Below, one piece after another: positions 12,601-23,790 of a stretch of DNA of 64,000 nucleotides (the first letter of the stretch is position 1; every line of letters starts with the position of its first letter). A program made the position numbers and the translations under genes. The DNA is from Haliotis rubra (Eukaryota), in the NCBI RefSeq assembly GCF_003918875.1, contig NW_025767157.1, positions 1,178,001 through 1,242,000 of the forward strand. The letters are read 5' to 3'. Below the pieces are notes generated by a model that saw only the letters and a program-made list of their open reading frames with translations, was not told the origin of the DNA and made no database searches.

Positions 12601-13439
12601 CCAAGGAATATTATCGGATTTTGGATTCTACAACACGAGCATAGGATCCGAGTGAAGATTGTGAAAAGCCGTTAGTCGGGGACCCGTTATATACTGCTGG
12701 TAATGTTTCTGTTGTGAATATTGATATGCATTTATGATACCGGGACTTTGCTACCCACGCTATTGTATACAGTTGACTTGACAGTATGCTTGGTGTATAT
12801 GCGCATACAACTGCATAGGAACTCAACAGAGTGTTGGAAATGTATCGGTCACCCGATTGAATATTATTTCGATTTACTTAACATACTCCACAAACGTTTC
12901 ATAATACAAAGTCCGAAATGTTATCTGGCCCCATGTCGATGTTGTCCTGAACACTGATTGTGACATGTGACATATGTTTTTAAGCATCAGTCCCATCAAA
13001 TGTTCTAAATCTCCCAGAGTCAATAATTAAATATGAATCTAATGTAAGTAACGAACGATTTGGCAAATCCAGATTACCTCAGTTCCAGACATGAAGCATT
13101 GTCCTGTGTTCCATTAAGATATTCCTTTATATTTTGTTGCTATGTATCTTTAAGTCTAGGATACTTCGCTGGTGTCAACTGTATTTATGAGTAACGTCAT
13201 AATGGAATGACGCGTCATGACGCTGTTTAAATTACCTCCCCGTTAATCTAAAGTATTCTTGGTAACATCATTCTTTCACGTCCGTTAAGCACGATGGTCA
13301 ATCCACATCACTTCTCCCGTGGAATTGCCTCTTTAAATTTGTAGAAAATTTAATGTTATTACCTTGGAAGGAATGATGTAAGGTTATGTCCAAAATAACT
13401 CTAAATAAGATATCTGAATGAGACTAAATGTGAGCCTAC

Positions 13440-13672
13440 CTGTGCAGGGAGTGCTTTTCCGGGGGACACTGTCGTCGCCAGGGAGGTAACAGTTGAACCG
13501 CTCCTGCCAGAATTCCTGGAACCACGGGTTACGGGTGTTGTTGTCGTGTCTCAGTTTACCGTAGTGGTCGTCAAAGCGAGGGATAGGAGGCGAGTACAGC
13601 CTGACGGAAATCCCTCCCGCCGCCAGTTTCTCGACACCCTCCACGACATCACCACGACTACCCCAACCATCA
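13440..13672 (-). CDS. GRM1/5-like: mGluR coding exon 3
   Basis: Encodes SDGWGSR...NNTRNPWFQEFWQERFNC...CT(G), with canonical AG/GT boundaries and consistent phase. Confidence 0.95.
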
Positions 13673-13809
13673 CTACCAAACACAGAGAAGGGACGTATTA
13701 TTTGTAGCTATCGGCTCCTTGCAACAGAAGAATCCTTTCTTATATTTCATATTCAGTATATCATATTCTATCCAAACCTATCCCATACCTACTTCATCCA
13801 ACACAATAC

Positions 13810-15075
13810 TAGCCCATCACCAACTTCATCGAACCCCATCATAGCCATCACCAACTTCATCGAACCCCATCATAGCCCATCACCTAATTTCATCTAACCC
13901 CATCATAGCCCATCACCAACTTCATCTAACCCCATCATAGCCCATCACCAACTTCATCTAACCCCATCCATAGCCATCATAGCCCATCACCAACTTCATC
14001 ATCTAACCCCATCATAGCCCATCACCAACTTCATCTAACCCCCATCACCAACTTCATCTAACCCCATCTAATAGCCCATCACCAACTTCATCTAACCCCA
14101 TCATAGCCCATCACCAACTTTCATCTAACCCCATCATAGCCCATCACCAACTTCATCAACCCCATCAAGCCCATCATTTCTAACCCCATCCCATCATAGC
14201 CCATCACCAACTTCATCATAGCCCATCCCTAATTTCATCTAACCCCATCATAGCCCATCACCAACTTCATCTAACCCCATCCCATAGCACCATCACCAAC
14301 TCAGCCCATCCCTAATTTCATCTAACCCCATCATAGCCCATCACCAACTCAACTTCATCTAATCCCCCATCCCATAGCCCATCACCACTTCATCTTCATC
14401 GAACTAACCCATCATAGCTTCCATCACCAACTTCATCTAACCCCATCATGGCCCATCACCACAGCTTCATCTAAACCCCATCATAGCCCATCCCTCCAAA
14501 TTTCTATCTAACCCCATCATGGCCATCATCAGCTTCATCTAACCCCATCATGGCCATCACCAACTTCTATCCATGGCCATCACCAACTTCATCAACTTCA
14601 TCTAACCATCATATCTAACCCCATCATAGCCATCACCAACTTCATCTAACCCCATCATAGCCCATCACCAACTTCATCTAACCCCATCATAGCCCATCCC
14701 AATTTCATCTAACCCCATCCTAGCCCATCCCTAATTTCATCTAACCCCATCATAGCCCATCACCAACTTCATCTAACTCCATCATAGCCCATCACCAACT
14801 TCATCTAACCCCATCATAGCCCATCACCAACTTCATCGAACCCCATCATAGCCCATCCCTAATTTCATCTAACCCCATCATAGCCCATCACCAACTTCAT
14901 CTAACCCCATCATAGCCCATCCCTAATGTCATCTAATCCCATCATAGCCCATCACCAACTTCATCTAACCCCATCATAGCCCATCACCAACTTCATCTAA
15001 CCTCATCATAGCCCATCACCAACTTCATCTGACCCCATCATAGCCCATCACCAATTTCATCTAACCCCATCATAC
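13810..15075. repeat. 32-bp minisatellite in an mGluR intron
   Basis: Unit catcatagcccatcaccaacttcatctaaccc. Confidence 0.95.
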
Positions 15076-15479
15076 CTCATTTCAACCCCGTCCTTGCCCC
15101 TTTTATTCCGTTTTCCACACTCTCACCCACATGCCCACTAACGCATGTGAAAATCAAATAACCTAATACCCCCTCCCCTGGTTCAGTCCTGTTTACAACC
15201 AGTACCTGACACGGTCCATTAGACAACTAGCCAACTGTGACCGGAACGTAGGTTTTCAAAGGAATCCAATATGTTTGCAGCGCAAATCTAGTTTCTGTTT
15301 TACTAACAAGACCCCTGACTATTCTGTATATAGTTAAGTGACACTGACTGGCAATGGATGATAAACTTTATATGGTCTGCTGGCCGCTCGTTACGGATCT
15401 ACTGACGGTTGTATTACAGGATCCTAGATAGGGAGTTTTACTGGGAGTTTCACTGGAATGATTTCAGAAGGCGACCAAC

Positions 15480-15726
15480 CTGCCTATGAAGAGGAACTTC
15501 CCTTCCACATCATTCCTCTCCATCGCCTTGAGCAGCGCCTTGATCGTCAACCCCTCACAAAAGCAGACCACTACAGAAGCGTTGGGTCTGCTCTTCAGGT
15601 TTTGAATAACCTTGTCGAACTCTTCGTCTGTTCCAGAGCTGGACACACTGTTGGTTGTGGCGATACAGATACCCCTCTCTTCCGCCTTAGCCTTGAATGC
15701 CTGCATGCCCCGCACTCCGTAGTTCC
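15480..15726 (-). CDS. GRM1/5-like: mGluR coding exon 2
   Basis: Encodes (G)NYGVRGMQAFK...VVVCFCEGLTIKALL...FLFIG(S). Acceptor TTTTAG and donor GTTGGT; phases 1/2 join in frame with the neighbouring exons. Confidence 0.95.
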
Positions 15727-15807
15727 CTAAAACAGGAAGATAAATCTAACGTCACCCATCTTGATTTGACACTACGATGATTCTCTCAGTGATATTCTTC
15801 AGTTTTA

Positions 15808-15926
15808 GGGGGAGATGGGGTAGCCTAGCCCACATGAGTGCAATGTGTGAAGCTCATTTCCGGTGTCCCCAGACGTGATATTGCTGGAATATTACTAAAT
15901 GCAACGTAAATCTAAACTCACTCACT
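15808..15926 (+). mobile_element. SINE family A with an internal deletion removing the B-box
   Basis: ggggtagcctag is joined directly to cccacatgagtgcaatgtgtgaagc; the tail is intact. Confidence 0.8.
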
Positions 15927-16036
15927 AAAACTCACTTTCATTAATGCCTCAAGCAGTGGCAATTCCAGAAGAACATATCGTATTACCATTATACAACTAT
16001 CTAATTTATAAGACGCATGACATAGAGTTAACTCAC

Positions 16037-16754
16037 CATCTGAATTTATAGTTGAGATATAAGTCCAGTTAAAGTGAAGTACAATATCCACCAGTGCCTG
16101 AGCCTGGTAGTTGTCAGGAGGGACAACTCGGAGAAAATACTTATGCAGCTTGTTGCTCAGGTCCATACTTGTAGCGGAGTAGCCTATCTGGGGAATGTTG
16201 AAAATTTGAAGCAGATTCTGAACTTGTATACTCGCTTCACTTGACCCAGGCCCTATGAGGCCGGCAATAGGTTGCAGGTTTCCATCTTTACACTCACTGG
16301 ACTGGTTGCCACCGTTTGACGTCCCATTCGGCTCTGTCTTGCTGGCAATGGCGTCCTTGATGAAGTCGATGCTCTGTTCCAGAGCAATGGCGGAATACCA
16401 ACAGGAGTCCCGGATGTCACAGCCCAGAATGACGCCCGGAAGTATGTTGTCATTGTCGTTGATCTCATCCAGTGTCATGAGGACGGTCTCAACCCTCTGG
16501 ATGCCATAGTGTTCACGTATCTTCCCACAGGTACGAGAGTAGGCCGTAGCGGATGGAGGTTTGTGGTGGATGGAGAACAACGCACCGAGGATGACGTCGC
16601 CCTCGATGCGTGCGCTGAATTGTGGCGTTACGCACGTCACCGTATCAAAACAGAGATAGGTCAGGATGACGTACACTCCCAAACCTACCCAAGTGTTGGT
16701 GTGTCCATCTATCATCATCCGCCGGTCTTCGTGGTCAGGGGAGCAACTATTCAT
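16037..16754 (-). CDS. GRM1/5-like: Group I metabotropic glutamate receptor, first coding exon (signal peptide + start of Venus flytrap domain)
   Basis: Translation contains GDVILGALFSIH, YGIQRVE, GCDIRDSCWYSAIALEQSIDFI and IGPGSSEASIQVQNLLQIFNIPQIGYSATSMDLS, typical of mGluR1/5. Donor G|GTGAG after 16037; acceptor TTTTCTTTTCAG before 16849 (5'UTR part 16755-16849). Confidence 0.95.
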
Positions 16755-17059
16755 AGGATCACCATGTTATATAACTGACTTCCACACTCATCATGATCCT
16801 AATGTATTTTACTCTTTCCGTGTCCGTAATCATCAGATCGTGACGGGCCCTGAAAAGAAAATCAATGAAATATAATTACACGGCAATCACGTAACCAAAA
16901 GGGATAATTTTCTGAAGACGTGATGGACTCTTCTTCCTTGGGTATTGACTGGAAATGTCGATATAATAAATTCAGGGGGATTCTCCAGGAATTGTGTGCA
17001 GGGTGACACTCATATTGCCTTGACGTGAATAATGCAGGCGGTCGTGGCAAGTAACTGAC

Positions 17060-17920
17060 CCAAGGGTTAAAACAACGGAACAAAACAAAACGACAGCTAA
17101 AACAATAGTAGAATACAACACGGTGATTAAGGCAATGGGACAGTACAACACGACAGTTAAAACCATGGAACAGTACAACACCAGCGTTATGACAATGTGA
17201 CAATACAGATGGCCAGTTAAAACCTTGGGGCAATCCAATACGGTAGTTTAGTACCATGCGACAATGGGCAGTCCAATACCGTTGGACAGTTGGACAGTGC
17301 AACACGACAGTTAAAACCATGGGGAAACAAAACACTAGTTATAAGACAATGGGGCAGTACAATGCGAGTTATGACAATGGGTAGTCCAATACCGTTGGAC
17401 AGTGGGACAATGCAACACGACAGTTAAAACCATGGGCAAACAAAACACTAGTTATAAGACAATGGGGCAGTACAGTGCGAGTTATGACAATGGGCAGTCC
17501 AATACAGTTAAGACAATTGGACCATACAACACGACAGTTAAAACTATGGTGAAATACAACACGGTTATGACAATGGGCAGTTTAAGTCCGGCAGTTTATT
17601 CAGACAACCCGATCTCCCAACGTCGAGACGATTGTACATTACAAGAGGGTCCTCAAGACTCAATGACAATACAACCCCAATGTTCAGACAAAGGAACGAT
17701 ACAGCATTTTTAAATTAGACAGTGGGACAATACAACATTTTGAAAGTGAGACAATGGGACAATACACCTTTTGAAGTTAGACAATGGGACAATACAACAT
17801 TTTGAAAGCGAGGCAATGTGACAATACAACACCTTTGAAGTGAAGCAAGGGACAATACAACATTCAGAAATGACACAGTGGGACAATACAACGTTTTGAA
17901 AGTGAGACAATGGCATCATA
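17060..17920. repeat. Degenerate ~30-32-bp tandem repeats (GACAATGGG-containing)
   Basis: Recurrent aaccatgggacagtacaacacgacagttaa and gacaatgggacaatacaacattttgaa units. Confidence 0.8.
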
Positions 17921-18806
17921 CACATTTCCATATATGGTGGTCGTGGTACTCACAGGAAGCAAAGAACCAACCGTTCAATATTGGGGTGGGAGGTGGGTGG
18001 GGGTATTTCTTTTCAAATATATCAACACAGGAACAATAACACGAGGCGAGTGTTTAATGTTCGTTCGTCTTTTAGCATCAACCTCTGCACTTTAATTTTT
18101 TCAAAGGCTTGAGACAGGGAAGAAACATATGTTGAAAATGGTGTCAGTTACCTTTAATTACCGGCGCACAAAAACATCAATATGGTAATTACATGTATTC
18201 CCATCGTTTAATGAGGTTTATTTCGGTCCTTCAAAATGGTGTAACAACATATCAATACATTACCGATCGTGAATACATTCTCATCAGACAATCGGATTGC
18301 AGGTATCCAGCGAGGCACCAACCCGCCTGGAGTTGATGTTCTCTTTCCAACTAAACACTGTGTATTCTGACATTCGGAGGGCTAATACGATAGCTGGTTC
18401 CACCGAGGAACACGGGACATCTAGCATATCGTCATTCGGCGTTTATTGGCAGCAGTGCCCGACAGAACACTTGGCAGTGTGTGTACATGATTTTAAAGGT
18501 TGACTTTGCCAAAAGGCAATTCAAGCAATTGCAAATCCCACGCTGACATCTGCTAACTCTAATCTAACGGCTAATGATGGCACAAAAACAATGCCTCACA
18601 GATGGCACCCTTCTACAGTGTCTGGATTCTCGACCGGAGGGTTAAAACTTCAGTACACAAAGGCCGGGTACACTTGTACTGACAAGCATAGACGTATATA
18701 AGTGTACAAGTACGAGAATAACAAATTGCGGACTCGTACAAGCAATAATGAAACTGGAGGGCAGAAACTAGAGGGACGCAGACAATGCTGATACACAGCA
18801 TCAGGC

Positions 18807-19330
18807 ACAGTGAAGACAATGGTAATACATGACAAGACAACAGTGAAGACAATGATAATACATGACAAGACAACAGTGAAGACAATGGTAATACATGACA
18901 AGACAACAGTGAAGACAATGGTAATACATGACAAGACAACAGTGAAGACAATGATAATACATGACAAGACAACAGTGAAGACAATGGTAATACATGACAA
19001 GACAACAGTGAAGACAATGGTAATACATGACAAGACAACAGTGAAGACAATGGTAATACATGACAAGACAACAGTGAAGACAATGGTAATACATGACAAG
19101 ACAACAGTGAAGACAATGGTAATACATGACAAGACAACAGTGAAGACAATGATAATACATGACAAGACAACAGTGAAGACAATGGTAATACATGACAAGA
19201 CAACAGTGAAGACAATGATAATACATGACAAGACAACAGTGAAGACAATGATAATACATGACAAGACAACAGTGAAGACAATGGTAATACATGACAAGAC
19301 AACAGTGAAGACAACAGTGAAGACAATGGT
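18807..19330. repeat. 33-bp minisatellite (~16 units)
   Basis: Unit gtgaagacaatg(g/a)taatacatgacaagacaaca. Confidence 0.95.
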
Positions 19331-19392
19331 AAAAATCGGCCTTAAGGACAATGAAGAAATTGGTAATACACGGCAGTGATGAAAGAAAGAAA

Positions 19393-21164
19393 CAGTGATG
19401 ACAATGTAGTCAATAGCAACGCTGTCAGTGGTGACAATGTAGTCAATAGCAACGCTGTCAGTGATGACAATGTAGTCAATAGCAATGGGTCAGTGATGAC
19501 AATGTAGTCAATAGCAACGCTGTCAGTGATGACAATGTAGTCAATAGAAATGGGTCAGTGATGACAATGTAGTCAATAGCAACGCTGTCAGTGATGACAA
19601 TGTAGTCAATAGCAATGGGTCAGTGGTGACAGTGTAGACAATAGCAATGGGTCAGTGATGACAGTGCAGTCAATAGCAACGCTGTCAGTGGTGACAGTGT
19701 AGTAAATAGCAACGCTGTCAGTGATGACAGTGTAGTCAATAGCAATGGGTCAGTGGTGACAATGTAGTCAGTAGCAATGGGTCAGTGGTGACAATGTAGT
19801 CAATACCAACGGTGTCAGTGATGACAATGTAGTCAATAGCAATGGGTCAGTGATGACAATGTAGTCAATAGCAACGCTGTCAGTGGTGACAGTGTAGTCA
19901 ATAGCAACGCTGTCAGTGATGACAGTGTAGTCAACAGCAATGGGTCAGTGATGACAATGTAGTCAATAGCAATGGGTCAGTGGTGACAGTGTAGTCAATA
20001 GCAATGGGTCAGTGATGACAATGTAGTCAACAGCAATGGGTCAGTGATGACAATGTAGTCAATAGCAATGGGTCAGTGATGACAATGTAGTCAACAGCAA
20101 TGGGTCAGTGATGACAATGTAGTCAATAGCAATGGGTCAGTGATGACAATGTAGTCAATAGCAACGCTGTCAGTGGTGACAGTGTAGTCAATAGCAACGC
20201 TGTCAGTGATGACAATGTAGTCAATAGCAATGGGTCAGTGATGACAATGTAGTCAATAGCAACGCTGTCAGTGGTGACAGTGTAGTCAATAGCAACGCTG
20301 TCAGTGATGACAGTGTAGTCAACAGCAATGGGTCAGTGATGACAATGTAGTCAATAGCAATGGGTCAGTGGTGACAGTGTAGTCAATAGCAATGGGTCAG
20401 TGATGACAGTGTAGTCAACAGCAATGGGTCAGTGATGACAGTGTAGTCAATAGCAATGGGTCAGTGATGACAATGTAGTCAACAGCAATGGGTCAGTGAT
20501 GACAATGTAGTCAATAGCAATGGGTCAGTGATGACAATGTAGTCAACAGCAATGGGTCAGTGATGACAATGTAGTCAATAGCAATGGGTCAGTGATGACA
20601 ATGTAGTCAATAGCAACGCTGTCAGTGATGACAATGTAGTCAATAGCAATGGGTCAGTGGTGACAGTGTAGTCAATAGCAACGCTGTCAGTGATGACAAT
20701 GTAGTCAATAGCAATGGGTCAGTGATGACAGTGTAGTCAACATCAATGGGTCAGTGATGACAATGTAGTCAATAGCAATGGGTCAGTGGTGACAGTGTAG
20801 TCAATAGCAATGGGTCAGTGATGACAATGTAGTCAATAGCAACGCTGTCAGTGATGACAATGTAGTCAATAGCAATGGGTCAGTGATGACAATGTAGTCA
20901 ATAGCAACGCTGTCAGTGGTGACAGTGTAGTTAATAGCAATTGGTCAGTGATGACAATGTAGTCAATAGCAACGCTGTCAGTGATGACAATGTAGTCAAT
21001 AGCAATGGGTCAGTGGTGACAGTGTAGTCAACAGCAATGGGTCAGTGGTGACAGTGTAGTCAATAGCAATGGGTCAGTGATGACAGTGTAGTCAACAGCA
21101 ATGGGTCAGTGATGACAATGTAGTCAATAGCAATGGGTCAGTGATGACAATGTAGTCAATAGCA
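19393..21164. repeat. 32/33-bp minisatellite (~55 units), resuming in degenerate form at 21579-21820
   Basis: Units cagtgatgacaatgtagtcaatagcaatgggt and ...caacgctgt. Confidence 0.95.
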
Positions 21165-21401
21165 GACCAGTGAAGATCCGGGTTAGAATTGATCTTCAAC
21201 AACCCACGCTTGTCGTAAGAGGCGACTAAAGGGATCGAGTGGTCAGGCTCGCTGACTGGGTTGACACATATCATCGCATCCCAATTGCGTAAATCGATGC
21301 TCATGCTGTTGGTCCCTGGATTGTCTGGTCCAGATCCGATTATTTACAGACATATAGTTGGACTATTGCTGAGTGCGGCGTAAAACTAAACTCACTCACT
21401 A
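21165..21401 (+). mobile_element. Family B element inserted into the minisatellite
   Basis: Full head, body and tail; tagtcaatagca flanks both sides of the nested pair. Confidence 0.9.
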
Positions 21402-21408
21402 ACTAGTC

Positions 21409-21576
21409 GGGGCGGTGGGGTAGCCTAGTGGTTAAGGCGTTCGCTGGTGACGCCGAAGACCCGGGTTTGATTCCCCACATGGGTACAATGTGTTGAGCCC
21501 ATTTCTGGTGTCCCCCGCTGTGATATTGCTGGAATATTGCTAAAAGCGGCGTAAAACCAAACTCACTCACTCACTC
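21409..21576 (+). mobile_element. Full-length tRNA-derived SINE family A nested at the tail of family B
   Basis: A and B boxes; TSD actagtc at 21402-21408 and 21577-21583. Confidence 0.92.
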
Positions 21577-22704
21577 ACTAGTCAATAGCAATGGGTCAGT
21601 GATGGCAATGTCGTCAGTAGCAATTTGGTCAGTGATTACAGTGTTAACATAAGCAAAGGGGTCAGTGATGACGATGTCGTCAATAGCAGCGTGATAGGTG
21701 ATGATAGTGTGACCAACAACAAGGGATTCCCTGATGATACTGTTTAAACCAAATAATCCACGACAACATGGTCAGTGACGACAATATAAACATTGGCACC
21801 GGCGTAGTTGATGACAATGTCAAATCCCAGAAACATATTCAGGCGAACTGGGATTCGAACCGCAATCAAAGGTATCCGGTGCATCCAAGGGCATAACTCT
21901 GAACTGCCTCAGGCTTCATTAGTAGGTTGTACGAGGAAGTTAAGTGATACATTTGGTAACGCCACGACTAATCGAGCTCTACTCTGAACCCAGATGGGCT
22001 GCGAACACAACAGTGCACTTACCATCCTCAATAACGAAATGCTAGCGGGTCGTAGTCGACATAAGACGGAAATGTAGTTAAGATAAGATGACGTTAAAAG
22101 GCATAGTATCTTCAAAATAAATAATTCGACAAACGATTTCCTTCGCATGATGGAATCTTCTTTCATCCGAGTAACAGAAGCCATGTCGTGACTGTCGATA
22201 ACAAACAGGAATCTCACCTGGTTTATTACAGTTTTATAGTCCCGGATTTACATCCGCTGAACATCCAGAGCTCTACTCATGGTAATGGCGATTAGCGTTT
22301 TATGTTTTAGGGTATGAGCACACGGATCCTTGGAGAGAACGCTTCAGATTTGCCTTTTGGTGTAAGTATTGAAAACTGTTGAGTTTGTCCAGAAAAGTGG
22401 ATTATTTAGGTTACTGAGATACGTTAGCGCATGCTCGGAGGGATCTGTTCGTCTTGTGTGAGACGTCACTTGTGCGATACCCAGGGGATGGTTGTGTCTT
22501 AACCAGAGCCACAAATAACTCATACGTCAAGCTCCGTACTTCATTTGTGTCCAATTTCAGACAACAATGGGCAATAATGTCCTGCTAGCTTTCCTCGCAC
22601 AGAAAAATCTCCGGTCAATAGTGGGATTTGAACTCAGGATTGAATTACATGTAACATTATTTGGTGGTTATTTTCCCATGCGCCCGTGAAACCTTTCCGG
22701 TAGC

Positions 22705-23566
22705 GAATGAGTGAGCTTGAGGGTGTGTCTGTGAGTGTTGTTTTTTCCTTTAGGGAATTGGTTGAGTGGTTGAGTGAGTGGTGAGTTGGTAAATGAGTCA
22801 GTCAGTCAGTCAGTCAGCAGATGAGTGAGTGAGTGGGTACGTGAGTCGGTCAGTCGGCACATGGGTGAGTGGGTAAGTGTGTGAGTGAGTGAGTCAGTCA
22901 GTCAGTAAGCGGATGAGTCAGTCAGCAGATGACTGAGTGAGTGGGTGAGTCAGTCAGTCGCTGCTGAGTGAGTGGGTGAGTCAGTCAGTCAGCAGATGAG
23001 TGAGTCAGTCAGTCTGTCAGTCAGCAAATGAGTGAGTGAGTGGGTAAGTGAGTCAGTCTGTCAGCGGATGAGTGAGTGAGTGGGTAAGGGAGTCAGTCAG
23101 TCACCAGATTGGTGAGTGAGTGGGTAGTGAGGAGTGGAGTCAGTCAGTCAGCGGATGAGTGGTGAGTGAGTGAGGGGTAAGGGAGTCAGTCAGTCACCAG
23201 ATTGGTGAGTGAGTCAGCGGATGAGTGAGTGAGTGGGTAAGGGAGTCAGTCAGTCACCAGATTGGTGAGTGAGTGGGTAAGTGAGTCAGTCAGTCAGCGG
23301 ATGAGTGAGTGAGTGGGTAAGGGAGTCAGTCAGTCACCAGATGGGTGAGTGAGTGAGTGGGTAAGTGAGTCAGTCAGTCAACGGTATGGTCACTGGGTAA
23401 GTGAGTCAGTCAGGCAGTCTGAGAGTCTGTGAGCGGATGAGTGAGTGAGTGGGTAAGTGAGTCCGTCATTCAGTCAGTCAGTCACCGGATGAGTGAGTGA
23501 ATGGGTAAGTGAGTCAGTCTGAGAGTCTGTGAGCGGATGGGTGGCTGAGTGGGTAAGTGAGTCCGT

Positions 23567-23597
<31 letters not shown>

Positions 23598-23790
23598 CAG
23601 ATGAGTGATTGAGTGAGTCATCGAGTGAGTGAGTGAGTGTGTAATTCCGTGAGTCAGTCAGTCAGCAAGTGAGTGGGTGCGTGAGTGAAAGGGTAAGAAA
23701 GTCAGTCAGTCAGTCAGTCAGCGGATGAGTGAGTAAGTGAGCGAGTGAGTGAGTGAATGGAATGGCGGTTGAGGCAGGCAGTCAGTCAAT
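22705..23790. repeat. Compound (GAGT)n/(CAGT)n tetranucleotide microsatellite with higher-order units
   Basis: Directly visible gagtgagt/cagtcagt runs. Confidence 0.93.

Noticed and set aside
13810-15075. Interstitial telomeric repeat (ctaaccc)
   Set aside because: Only one hexamer-like word occurs per 32-bp unit; there is no (TTAGGG)n run.
18613-19379. Cys/His-rich or hydrophobic repeat proteins (MYYHCLHCCLV etc.)
   Set aside because: These are shadow translations of the 33-bp minisatellite.
21409-21480. tRNA gene
   Set aside because: A and B boxes are present but run into a SINE body and tail with a TSD. Family A copies are retroposons, not tRNAs.
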